Origin: Dehalococcoidia bacterium
GTDB lineage: Bacteria; Chloroflexota; Dehalococcoidia; Bin125
Reading direction: 5' to 3'
DNA: 64,000 nt
NCBI GenBank assembly: GCA_963663895.2
Contig: CAXXRD010000001.1
Span: 384,001-448,000, forward strand
Under the pieces are notes generated by a model that saw only the letters and a list, made by a program, of their open reading frames with translations, did not search any database and had not been told where the DNA came from. Position numbers and translations under genes: made by a program. Position 1 is the first letter of the stretch; each line of letters starts with the position of its first letter. This document shows, in pieces, positions 38,846-48,720 of this stretch.

Positions 38846-39976
38846 ATGCAAGCGAAAATGCGGTCCCGTCCCCGCGTAGTTGTGGCGCTGCTCGCCGGAG
38901 TACTGCTGCTGTTCGCACTGGGCACGGCAGTGGGTCACGCGCACACAGATCGCTCGGAGAGCACGCGAGCGAGCTTCAGCGGCAACGTGCCTGCGGAAGG
39001 GGGGCTCGCCCTCCTCGTTACAACGGAGAGATCGACACCGACGGCACTAGTCAACGTGCTCGCCGACGCCGGGTGCACGGCGAACGTGATCGCGGTTTTC
39101 CAAAACGGATACCTTCTGTTCGTGCCCGGCGCGCCGGAGCGTCTCAACCAAGCTTTCCCAGCGGCACTACCGGCAGATACACCGTTCTTCGTGCGCTGCG
39201 AGCCGACTGCGCCTGCGGTCGATCCCAAGCAGGCGGCCTATCGGATCGACGATGAGGAAGTCACGCTGACCGACGGCCGCAGCGCCACGCCGGTGGTGCC
39301 CGGATCAGCCAGCATGGCTGTCACGACCTTGCTCCAGCAGTCATACGGGCAGTTGGACGGCGCAGGCGCCACGGACGCCGCCGTGATCCTGGCACACAAC
39401 TCCGGTGGCAGCGGCACGTTCTACTACCTCGCCGTGGTTGGGACCGACGATCCCGCCCCGACGCTGTGGCTTGGCGACCGCTTGATCGTCCAGCGCCTCT
39501 CGGCCGCGAACGGGCAGATCGTGGTCACCTATCTCGATCGAGCGCTCGATACTCCGTTCGCCGCTCCGCCGACGGTACCGGTGACGCGCATCTTCGCCGC
39601 CGAGCGCGGCGGGCTGGTGGAGATCGGCGCGGGTGCCTGCGAGGCCCAAAACCTCGACCAGCTCGGCTCGTTTGTGTTCGTCACGGCGCCGGCGCCGGGC
39701 GCCCAACTCTTCAGTGGCTTCACCGTCGAAGGCTGCTCGCGCACCTTCGAATCCACGGTGAATTGGTCCCTGCACGATCGCGCAGGCACCGAGCTCGTTT
39801 CCGGCCACACGAATGGCGGCGGCTTCGATGGCCCCGCGCGTTTCTCGTTCACGGTCGAATACGACAGCCCGGCTGGCGGGCCGCAGGTCGGCTCCTTGCG
39901 CGTATTCGAGGTAGATGTCTCGGAAGGCGAAGGGTACCCGCCTCCCGAGGTCGTGATCCCCATCGCGCTGCCCTGA
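38846..39976 (+). CDS. Secreted protein with C-terminal Gmad2-like immunoglobulin domain
   Basis: Signal peptide; NSGGSGTFYYL; VTAPAPG...VEGCSRTFESTVNW... Confidence 0.65.
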   Translation: MQAKMRSRPRVVVALLAGVLLLFALGTAVGHAHTDRSESTRASFSGNVPAEGGLALLVTTERSTPTALVNVLADAGCTANVIAVFQNGYLLFVPGAPERLNQAFPAALPADTPFFVRCEPTAPAVDPKQAAYRIDDEEVTLTDGRSATPVVPGSASMAVTTLLQQSYGQLDGAGATDAAVILAHNSGGSGTFYYLAVVGTDDPAPTLWLGDRLIVQRLSAANGQIVVTYLDRALDTPFAAPPTVPVTRIFAAERGGLVEIGAGACEAQNLDQLGSFVFVTAPAPGAQLFSGFTVEGCSRTFESTVNWSLHDRAGTELVSGHTNGGGFDGPARFSFTVEYDSPAGGPQVGSLRVFEVDVSEGEGYPPPEVVIPIALP

Positions 39977-40112
39977 GCGCCGCACTCCCGGCAGGGGTGA
40001 GGTGGTCAGATGTCCTAGGTATCGTAAAGCGCCGAGGCGCTTGCTTTCGCGCCAGCACCGCCGGGCCGGAGCCCCGGAAACCTCGGCGAAGGACCTCTGT
40101 GAAGCGGAGCGT

Positions 40113-40895
40113 CTAGCGCTGCTGGGACATCAGTCCGCCGTCGACGGTGTAGACGCTGCCGGTGATATAGGAAGCGTCGTCACTCGCCAGGAAGGCGATC
40201 GCAGCAGCCATCTCGGACGGCTCGGCGTAGCGCTGGAGGGGGACGCTCTGCCGCCAGGCCTCGTGTGCCTGCTCAGGATCATCCGGGTTGTAGCCACGCT
40301 CGGCACCGCGCATCATCGCCGTGTCGGTGGGGCCCGGACAGATGCAGTTGACGCGGATGCCATGGGGGGCAAGCTCCACCGCCGCGGTCTGAGTCATCCC
40401 CAAGACGGCGTGCTTGCTGGCGCCGTAGGCGATAATGAACGGCGAAGCGGCGAGGGCTGCGGTCGAAGCGGTGTTGATGATGGAACCGCCACCGCTGCGC
40501 TTCATGGCGGGGACAACCGCCTTCATGCCGAGCCAGACGCCCCGTGCGTTAATCGCCATCACCTTGTCAAAGGCCTGCTCTGGATAGTCTTCCAGGGGAT
40601 GGTTGGGACCCAGAATCGCGGCGTTCTGGACCAGCACATCGATCCTGCCGAATGTGCCGGTCGCTTCGCGGGCGTAACGCTGGACATCGGTGGCGTCGGT
40701 GACATCCGCCCCGACGGCGAGCGCCTCCCGCCCAAGCCGGCGCACGGCCTCCACCGTGCCGTCCAAGGAACTGTCGGAGACATCGACCGCGACGATGTTA
40801 GCTCCTTCCGAAGCGAATCGCTCGGCCGTGGCGCGCCCGATGCCGCCAGCCGCCCCCGTGACGACAACCACCTTGTCCGGGAATCGCTCTGCCAT
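40113..40895 (-). CDS. SDR family oxidoreductase
   Basis: TGAAGGIG, YGASKHA, IRVNCICPG, VDGG. Confidence 0.93.
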   Translation of the reverse strand: MAERFPDKVVVVTGAAGGIGRATAERFASEGANIVAVDVSDSSLDGTVEAVRRLGREALAVGADVTDATDVQRYAREATGTFGRIDVLVQNAAILGPNHPLEDYPEQAFDKVMAINARGVWLGMKAVVPAMKRSGGGSIINTASTAALAASPFIIAYGASKHAVLGMTQTAAVELAPHGIRVNCICPGPTDTAMMRGAERGYNPDDPEQAHEAWRQSVPLQRYAEPSEMAAAIAFLASDDASYITGSVYTVDGGLMSQQR

Positions 40896-41209
40896 CGCTC
40901 CGCCTCCGCGCTCCCTGCCTTGGAGCCCTTAGCCGTGGCACCGATTCTAACGGCTAGACTCGTCACCGCGAGAGGGGGCGGGGACGATGAACCCTCCCGC
41001 GCCGACGGCGGGTCCCGGTTCCTCGCACCGGGTAAGTTCGCTGGGCGAGGCGATGAGAGCCCCGAGCGGAACGGGCGCTCAAAAGGACAAGCGGCTGTGG
41101 AAAAGGGCAGCGGGGATGGCGTCGAGCGGCAAACGTGCTGAGCGCGCCGTGGACGTAGCGGGCCGTGCCGTGCGCTGCGGCCAATCCCTGCGATAGGAAG
41201 GGATCCGTC

Positions 41210-42289
41210 ATGCGCGTCGGGGTCAGCTTTCTCTTCAACAACGCGGGCGATCGGATCACCGATCAGGAGCTCTACCGGGAGAACCTGCGGATTGTGGATC
41301 TGATCGAGCCACTGGGCTTCGACTCCGCTTGGACGGTCGAGCATCACTTCACGAACTACACGATCTGCCCGGACACGATTCAGTTCCTCACCTGGGTTGC
41401 CGCGCGGACGGAAGCGATCCAGCTCGGAACACAGGTGGTCGTGCTGCCCTGGCACGATCCGCTGCGCGTGGCCGAGCAGGTGTCGCTGCTGGACACGATG
41501 TCGCAGGGACGGTTCCTCTTCGGCTTCGGGCGGGGAGCGGCGCGCGTCGAGTTCCAGGGCTTCCGGGTGCCGATGGAGGAGTCGCGGCAGCGTTTCGTCG
41601 AAAGCGCGGACATGATCTTGACGGGGCTCGAGAGCGGCTATTGCGAGTACGACGGCGCGTTCATCAAGCAGCCACGCGTGCCGGTCCGGCCGGCGCCGTT
41701 CAAGTCATTCCAGGGACGGGCTTACTGCGCGGCGGTTTCGCCCGAGACGATGGAGATCGCCGCGCGCCTCGGGGCGGGCGTGCTGATCAATCCGCAAAAG
41801 CCTTGGGAGAAGATCAGCGAGGAACTCGCAACTTACCGCAGGCGCTACCGGGCACTGCATGGGAAGCCACCGCCGGCTCCTGTGTCCACCACCTACCCGT
41901 TCGTCCATCCGGACCCGGAGTACGCGCGCGAGACGGTGCACCGCTACATGGTCCCGTACTACGCGGCGGTGCTAGAGCACTACGAATTCTCAGGGACGCA
42001 TTTCGAAGAGATCCAAGGCTACGAGTTCTACCGGAAGATGTCGCGCGTCATGCGCAAGGCGGGCGACGAAGGCGCGGCCCAGTTCTTCATCGATCTGCAA
42101 CCGTGGGGAACGCCCGATCAGGTGATCGCCAAGATGCTCGACGTGCACAAGCGCGTTCGCTACGAGCACTGCAACGTCAACTTCGCCTTCGGGCACCTGC
42201 CCGCCGCCGAAGCGGAACAGAGCATGCGGCTTTTCGCTACCGAGGTGCTGCCGGTGCTCAAGCAGATCCCCGCCGCGACCCCCGCTTAG
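41210..42289 (+). CDS. LLM class flavin-dependent oxidoreductase
   Basis: GFDSAWTVEHHF, VVLPWHDPLRVAE, GFGRG. Confidence 0.92.
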   Translation: MRVGVSFLFNNAGDRITDQELYRENLRIVDLIEPLGFDSAWTVEHHFTNYTICPDTIQFLTWVAARTEAIQLGTQVVVLPWHDPLRVAEQVSLLDTMSQGRFLFGFGRGAARVEFQGFRVPMEESRQRFVESADMILTGLESGYCEYDGAFIKQPRVPVRPAPFKSFQGRAYCAAVSPETMEIAARLGAGVLINPQKPWEKISEELATYRRRYRALHGKPPPAPVSTTYPFVHPDPEYARETVHRYMVPYYAAVLEHYEFSGTHFEEIQGYEFYRKMSRVMRKAGDEGAAQFFIDLQPWGTPDQVIAKMLDVHKRVRYEHCNVNFAFGHLPAAEAEQSMRLFATEVLPVLKQIPAATPA

Positions 42290-42382
42290 CGGCGGCCCTT
42301 CCGCCAGTTCACGATCGCGCTAGACTCGACCGCTGACCACGAGGCCGCACCGGGCGCGGAGCGGCGAGAAGGAGCGAGCCGC

Positions 42383-44185
42383 ATGGCGGCAACCGGCGAA
42401 ACCGCAACCGGCGTCGACCCGATCACCATCGAAGTGCTGCGCAGCGCCTTCACGGCGATCTGCAACGAGATGGCGCTGACGGTCGCGAAGACAGCCTATT
42501 CGACCCCGGTCAACGAGGGGCACGACTTCGCCACGGGCCTCTACGACCGCCACGGCAATCTGGTGGCTCAGGGAGAGTTCGACTTGCCGGCGTTCGTCGG
42601 CCTGACGCTCTTGACGGTGCCGGAGGTCATGCGGGCGATCGGGCCGGAGAACATCCAGCCCGAAGATATCTACATGATCAACGACCCCTACGTCGCGACG
42701 ACGCACTGCAACGACATCCACTTCATCAAGCCGATCTTCCACGACGGCGCCCTGGTGGGGTTCAGCTCCTCCACCGCGCACTGGTCGGACGTGGGCGGGG
42801 TGGCGCCGGGATCGCTTAACACGGCGGCGCGCAGTCACTACGAAGAGGGCATGCGTATCCCCGGTATCACGCTCTACAAGCGCGGGCAGCTCAATCAGGA
42901 TGTCGTGTCCCTGCTGTTGGTGAACATGCGGCAGTCATGGGAGCGGCTGGGCGACCTCAACGCGCAGGTGGCGGCGATCAAAGTGGGCGACCAGCGGATC
43001 CAAGGACTCATCGGGAAGCACGGCCGAGCCGCCGTGCTGGCGACCATGAGCGAAGTGCAGGATCACTCGGAGCGCCTAGCCCGCGCGTCCTTCCGCAGCT
43101 TGCCGGACGGCGTCTACGAAGCGGAGGACAAGGTCGATCAGGACCAATACACCGGCGAACCCAAGACGATCCGCCTGAAGCTCACGATCGAAGACGACCA
43201 TGCCGTTTTCGATTACACCGGGAGCGACGGCCCGGCGGAGTCCGGGATTAACGGCACCATCGCCGGCACGACGTCCGGAGTATTCATCGCAATGGCATCG
43301 ATATTGCCGCCGATGCCGATGAACGCCGGTGTGATGCGCGCCATCGAGATCAAGGCCCGGCAGGGATCGATCGTCTGGGCGAAGCCCCCGGTCGCGGTCT
43401 CCGTCATGACGATCACCGTGATGGACTGTGTGATCGGCTCGGCCACGCTGGCGCTGGGCCACGCCTTACCGGCGCGGGCGGTGGGGATGGCCGGATCGAT
43501 CCTCAATTCCACCTACGCGGGGGACGACAACCGCCCCACGTTCGATGCGCCCTTCATCAACTACACGTGGGCGTTCGGAGGGATGGGGGGAGCGCAAACG
43601 CACGACGGTCCCAACTGCACGGCCCCACCCTTCGGCGCCAGCGGCTCCACCATTCCCAGTGAGCTGCAGGAACGCCGTTATCCAGTGCTCTACAACCGCT
43701 GCAACCTGCTGCCCGATTCGGGCGGGCCCGGGGCGTTCCGTGGCGGACTGGCGCTGAACACGATCATGGAGTTCCCCTTCGAGCAGGTGGGCGGCACCGG
43801 CCTCTCCACCTTGGGCAACCGCGAGAAGTTCGGGCCACCGGGGATCTTCGGCGGCCTCGCAGGGCAGGTGGCGCGCCTCAGCCTCAACGACGGGACGGAG
43901 AGTGAGCGCCACCTCGGGACGACATCGACGAACGCGCCGGTGCAGCGGGGCGAGGTGCTCACCTTCCGGACCAACGGCGGCGGCGGCTACGGCGACCCCT
44001 TGGAACGCGATCCCCAACTCGTGCTAGAAGATCTTAAAGACGGCTACGCGACCATCGCCGGGTCCCGCGAGCAGTACGGGGTGGTGGTGAAGACGATCGA
44101 TCCGCGCACGCTCCAGTACGAAATCGACGAGGGCGCGACGGAGGTGCTGCGCGCCGCGCTGCGTACGGCGCGTTCCCCAGCGTGA
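42383..44185 (+). CDS. Hydantoinase B/oxoprolinase family protein
   Basis: DPITIEV, NDPYVATTHCNDI, HWSDVGG, DSGGPGAFRGG, GGGGYGDP. Confidence 0.92.
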   Translation: MAATGETATGVDPITIEVLRSAFTAICNEMALTVAKTAYSTPVNEGHDFATGLYDRHGNLVAQGEFDLPAFVGLTLLTVPEVMRAIGPENIQPEDIYMINDPYVATTHCNDIHFIKPIFHDGALVGFSSSTAHWSDVGGVAPGSLNTAARSHYEEGMRIPGITLYKRGQLNQDVVSLLLVNMRQSWERLGDLNAQVAAIKVGDQRIQGLIGKHGRAAVLATMSEVQDHSERLARASFRSLPDGVYEAEDKVDQDQYTGEPKTIRLKLTIEDDHAVFDYTGSDGPAESGINGTIAGTTSGVFIAMASILPPMPMNAGVMRAIEIKARQGSIVWAKPPVAVSVMTITVMDCVIGSATLALGHALPARAVGMAGSILNSTYAGDDNRPTFDAPFINYTWAFGGMGGAQTHDGPNCTAPPFGASGSTIPSELQERRYPVLYNRCNLLPDSGGPGAFRGGLALNTIMEFPFEQVGGTGLSTLGNREKFGPPGIFGGLAGQVARLSLNDGTESERHLGTTSTNAPVQRGEVLTFRTNGGGGYGDPLERDPQLVLEDLKDGYATIAGSREQYGVVVKTIDPRTLQYEIDEGATEVLRAALRTARSPA

Positions 44186-45958
44186 TGGTAGCGACCGGCC
44201 CCAACATCGATCCGATCACGCTGGAGGTACTGCGCAGCGCCTTTGCCGCCACCTGCAATGAGATGGCCCTGGTGGTCGGGAAGACCGCCTACTCGCCGCC
44301 GATCAACGAAGGGCGCGATCTGGCCACCGGCATCTACGACCGGCACGGCGCATTGGTGTCCCAGGGGGAGTTCGACCTCCCCGCGTTCGTGGGGCTCACC
44401 CACCTGACGGTACCGGAGGTGATTCGGTCGATCGGGCTCGAAAATATGAAGCCCGCCGACATCTACATGATCAACGACCCCTACGTCGCGAGCACGCACA
44501 ACAACGATATCCACTTCATCAAGCCGATCTTCCACGACGGATCGCTCATCGCGTTCACGTCCTCGACGGCGCACTGGTCGGACGTGGGCGGCGTCTCGCC
44601 GGGGTCGCTCAATCCGCGGGCGCGCAGCCACTTCGAGGAGGGAATGCGCATCCCCCGCGCTCACGATCTATAAGCAGAACGTATTGGACAAGGACATCGT
44701 CGGGATCCTGCTGGCGAACATGCGCCAGGGCTGGGAGCGGCTCGGCGATCTGCAAGCGCAGGTTGCGGCCGTGCGGGGCGGGGAGCGCCGGATTCTGGCG
44801 CTGGTCGCGAAGCACGGAAGCGCCACCGTGCTGGCGGCGATGGAAGAGATCCAGAATTACTCGGAGCGGCTGGCACGCGCGGCGTTTCGGGCGCTCCCAG
44901 ACGGCGTGTACTACGCCGAGGACAGCGTCGATCAGGACCTCTGGACCGGTGAACCAAAGACCGTGCGCCTGACCCTGACGATCGAGGACGACCACGCCGT
45001 CTTCGATTTCCTGGAGGCGGACGGCGCTGTGGAATCGGGGATCAACTGCACGATCGCCGGGACAACATCCGGGGTGTTCATCGCGATGGGCTCGATTCTG
45101 CCGCCGATGCCAATGAACGCGGGCGTCATGCGGGCGATCGCGATCAAGGCAAAGCGGGGATCGATCGTCTGGGCGCAGCCCCCCTCCGGTATCTCGGCGA
45201 TGGCGATCACGACGATGGAATGCGTCATGGGGTCCGTGACCTTGGCACTGGGACAGGCATCTCCCAAGCGCGGGGTGGGACTGGCGGGGGCGCTGCTCAA
45301 CATCACCTATGCCGGTAGCGACGAACGGCCGGAGTTCGACGCGCCCTTCATCAACTACACCTGGGGGTTCGGGGGCATGGGCGGCGCCCACGATCACGAC
45401 GGCGCGAACTATTCCGCAGCGCCGTACGCATCGAGCGCCATGAACATCCCCTGCGAACTGCAGGAGCGCCGCTACCCGGTGCTCTACCGCCGCTGCGATC
45501 TGACTCAGAACTCCGAGGGGCCCGGAACGTTCCGAGGCGGCCTCGGGCTCAGCCAGCAGATCGCGTTCCCCTTCCAAGGCGGGACGCTGTCCAACATCGG
45601 CAATCGCGAGCGCTTCGGACCGTCGGGGATCTTTGGGGGCAGGACGGGCGGCTTCGCCCGGCTGATCCTGGCAGAGGGGACGGAGAACGAGCAGAACCTC
45701 GGCACTTTCGCGGTGAACGCTCCGGTGCAGCGCGGCGACGTGATGACATTCGTCTCCAACGGCGGCGGCGGCTACAGCGACCCTTTGGAACGCGATCCGG
45801 CGCGGGTGCTAGCCGACGTTATGGACGAGTACGCGACGATCGCACACGCGCGCGCAACGTATGGCGTGGTGATCAACGAGATCGACCGCAGGCGCCTGCT
45901 GTTCGAGGTGGACGAAGCCGCCACGGCCGAGCTGCGCGCCGCAATGCGCGCTTCCTAG
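44182..45958 (+). pseudogene. Second hydantoinase B paralog split by one extra C in a C5 run (44652-44656); real frameshift or sequencing error
   Basis: Removing one C restores MRIPALTIYK, colinear with paralog MRIPGITLYK. Confidence 0.85.
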
Positions 45959-45960
45959 CG

Positions 45961-46953
45961 TCAGCCGATCAGCTGGACCGCGTCCAGGAAGGCTTGTTTG
46001 GTCTCCCGCTCCGTCATCGGCATCGGGTAGATGATCGGATGCTCCAAGCCAGCATCCCGATACTCCTGAATCCGGCCGCGGCAGTCATCGATATCGCCGA
46101 TGATGGCGACGCTATCGGCGAGCTCGTCGGAGAGAAAACGCGCGGCGCGCGCTTGATCGCCGGCACGCCAAGCACGCGCGGCGGCGCCGGCCTCCTCAAA
46201 ACCGGACTCCGCCATGAGGTGCTCGTAGCGGGTGAAGGTTCCGACGTACCAGGCCATGTGGCGCTTGACCATCGCCCGTCCCGCCTGCTTGTCATTGGTG
46301 ACGACGGTGAGCAGGTAGCTCCCTACCTCCACCTCGGCCGGATCGCGGCCAGCTTCGGCGGCGCCCTGCTTGACCCACTGGACCAGTTGACCGGCGCGTG
46401 CGGCGGTCAACTGAGTGCCGACGGCTCCGTCTGCGAGCGCGCCGGTGCGGGCTGCGCTCGCCGGAAACATCGGTGGGTACCAGATCGGGATGGAGTCCCG
46501 GTACATCTTCACCCAAGGCTTGTATCCCAGCGTGTAGTACCGGCCGCGGTGCTTCACCTCGCCGTCACGGATGAGGGCGCGAATGATGGCCGTGTACTCG
46601 ACCATGCGCGCGGTCGCGTTGTCGAAGGTCAGACCGTTCTCGTCCTCGACGATGGCGCGGTGACCCTGGCCGATGCCGAGGACGAAGCGGCCCTTCGAGA
46701 TCGTATCCACGGAAGCGGCGGCCATGGCGAGCGTGGTGGGCGCCCGATTAAAGATCACCGCGACACCGGGAGCGAGCAGGATGCGCTCGGTCACGACGGC
46801 GCAGGCGGCAAGGACCGCGAAAGGATCGCCCGATTTGTAGTCGGACATCCAGAGCGAGTCGAAGCCGGCCGCGTCCGCGAGGCGGGCCATCTCAAGCGTG
46901 TCTTCGATGGGAAGGGAGTCGGTATCCGGGAACTTGATGCCGAGCTTGGCCAT
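45961..46953 (-). CDS. LLM class oxidoreductase (Mer-like, possibly F420-dependent)
   Basis: GFDSLWMSD, SKGRFVLGIGQG; GGAG 8 nt before ATG 46953. Confidence 0.88.
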   Translation of the reverse strand: MAKLGIKFPDTDSLPIEDTLEMARLADAAGFDSLWMSDYKSGDPFAVLAACAVVTERILLAPGVAVIFNRAPTTLAMAAASVDTISKGRFVLGIGQGHRAIVEDENGLTFDNATARMVEYTAIIRALIRDGEVKHRGRYYTLGYKPWVKMYRDSIPIWYPPMFPASAARTGALADGAVGTQLTAARAGQLVQWVKQGAAEAGRDPAEVEVGSYLLTVVTNDKQAGRAMVKRHMAWYVGTFTRYEHLMAESGFEEAGAAARAWRAGDQARAARFLSDELADSVAIIGDIDDCRGRIQEYRDAGLEHPIIYPMPMTERETKQAFLDAVQLIG

Positions 46954-47073
46954 GATCATCTCTCCTCGCTCCGTAGGGGTATCGCGCGCGAGGCTAGCGC
47001 CTCGCGTTGACACCGCTTTTTTCCGATCACTAGCCTCCAGCAATCGAGCGTTCGATCAAAAGCGAGGGACCGC

Positions 47074-47286
47074 ATGGACTCGAGAGAGATGGTCATCGCC
47101 AAGCTGGCCGAGTGGGACATCGTGCCCAGCGAAGAGGACTTGGCGGAGCTGGTGCCAGCCTACGAGGCGCTGCTGAAGTCACAGAAAGTGCTGGAGAGCA
47201 TGCTCCGCACCCGGTCGATGGGGAACGCAATGGAGTTCCCCCTGAGCGAGCCAGCCGTCATCCACGACATGGGAAGGTATCGCTAG
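47074..47286 (+). CDS. Small protein upstream of amidase; putative GatC/AtzG-like accessory subunit
   Basis: 70 aa, GAGGGA RBS, helical acidic sequence with C-terminal EPA, 2 nt before amidase start. Confidence 0.55.
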   Translation: MDSREMVIAKLAEWDIVPSEEDLAELVPAYEALLKSQKVLESMLRTRSMGNAMEFPLSEPAVIHDMGRYR

Positions 47287-47288
47287 CC

Positions 47289-48695
47289 ATGGCAAGCACC
47301 GCACAAGAGCTGGCTTTTTCATCGATCGAAGCGCTGTCGGCGCGGATTCAAAGGAAGGAGATCTCTCCCGTCGAAGTGACGCAAACGATGCTGTCGCGCA
47401 TCGACGAGCTCAACCCGAAGATCCACGCCTACTACACCGTCTTCCACGACGAAGTGCTGGAAGATGCGCGCCGGGCCGAGCAAGAGATCGCGCGGGGCAA
47501 CTATCGCGGCCCGCTGCACGGGATCCCGATGGGGATCAAAGACATCTACGAGATGAAACGAACAACCTGCGGCTCCCAAGCGCTGCAGGAGTACGCGGCG
47601 GAAGAGGACTGCGTCGCGATCAAGAAGCTCAAGGACGCCGGCTCACTCATTTTGGGGAAGACCGCGACCTACGAGTTCGCCTACGGCATCCAGAGCCTCA
47701 AGTCGCCGGTGGAGCCGGTACGCAGCGCCTGGGACCTCAGCAGAGAAGCGGGGGGGTCGAGTAGCGGCTCCGGCGGAGCGATCGCGGCCGGAATGGCCTA
47801 CTCGGCGATGGGTTCCTGCACGGGCGGCTCGATCCGCTGGCCGGCGCAATGCCTGCTGCACGTGGGGCTCAAGGCGACCTACGGTCGCGTAAGCCGACGC
47901 GGCATCTATCCGCTCGCTTGGACTCTCGACCATCCCGGGCCTCTCGCCCGCACCGTGAAGGACTCCGCGCTCGTCCTGCAGGCGCTCGCCGGTTACGACG
48001 AACTGGATCCCGCCTCGGCGAACGTGCCGGTGCCGGACTTCACGGCCAAGCTGGACCGGGATATCCGCGGGATGCGGATTGGCTTGCTCGCCGACCTCTA
48101 CGAGAAGAGCTGCGACCCGAAGGTGCTGGAAGTCTATGACAAGGCGGTCGACAAGTACCGCAGCCTCGGCGCCGAGATCGTCAAGGTGCCGAGCATCGGC
48201 ATTTCCGAGCTGGAAGCGATCGAGTGGCCGACCCTCTGGTCGGAGGCCGCGGCGATCCATGTGCGTAACATTCGCAATCGCGGGGATCAGTACAACCCCA
48301 ACACGCGCCAGTTCATCCAGTGGGGCCTGCTGGTGAGCAACGCGTACTACATGCTGGCAAGTCGCTGCCGGGCGCAGGTGCGGGACGACCTGAACGCGGC
48401 TCTCACGCGGGATTGCGACGTGCTGATGCTGCCGACCGCAGGCTTCCAAGGACCGCCACCCGTAGCCGAGGAATCGCCGGGGTTGAACTTCATCGGCTCC
48501 GCCTTCGAGATCTACACGCCGATCTTCAACTTCACAGGTCACCCGGCGATCCAGGTGCCGTGCGGGTTCGACAGTGATGGGCTGGCGGTTGGGTTCCAAA
48601 TCGCGGCCAAGCCGTTCGACGAGGCAACGATGTTCCAGGTGGCCCGTGCCTACGAGCAATCGGAGCCATGGCACACGATGCATGCGGATATCTAG
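47289..48695 (+). CDS. Amidase signature family enzyme
   Basis: GPLHGIPMGIKD, GGSSSGS, GSCTGGSIRWPA, GLKATYGRVS. Confidence 0.93.
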   Translation: MASTAQELAFSSIEALSARIQRKEISPVEVTQTMLSRIDELNPKIHAYYTVFHDEVLEDARRAEQEIARGNYRGPLHGIPMGIKDIYEMKRTTCGSQALQEYAAEEDCVAIKKLKDAGSLILGKTATYEFAYGIQSLKSPVEPVRSAWDLSREAGGSSSGSGGAIAAGMAYSAMGSCTGGSIRWPAQCLLHVGLKATYGRVSRRGIYPLAWTLDHPGPLARTVKDSALVLQALAGYDELDPASANVPVPDFTAKLDRDIRGMRIGLLADLYEKSCDPKVLEVYDKAVDKYRSLGAEIVKVPSIGISELEAIEWPTLWSEAAAIHVRNIRNRGDQYNPNTRQFIQWGLLVSNAYYMLASRCRAQVRDDLNAALTRDCDVLMLPTAGFQGPPPVAEESPGLNFIGSAFEIYTPIFNFTGHPAIQVPCGFDSDGLAVGFQIAAKPFDEATMFQVARAYEQSEPWHTMHADI

Positions 48696-48720
48696 GAGCA
48701 GCGCGGGGCGCTAGCACCCC

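Noticed and set aside
22702-40000. Integrative element or prophage at tRNA-Arg
   Set aside because: No integrase, transposase or phage gene, and I saw no duplicated tRNA 3' end. It is treated only as a variable region.
44652-44656. Programmed frameshift in the second hydantoinase B
   Set aside because: A single extra base in a short homopolymer, with the same pattern at 61114-61117, is more simply a sequencing error or recent mutation.
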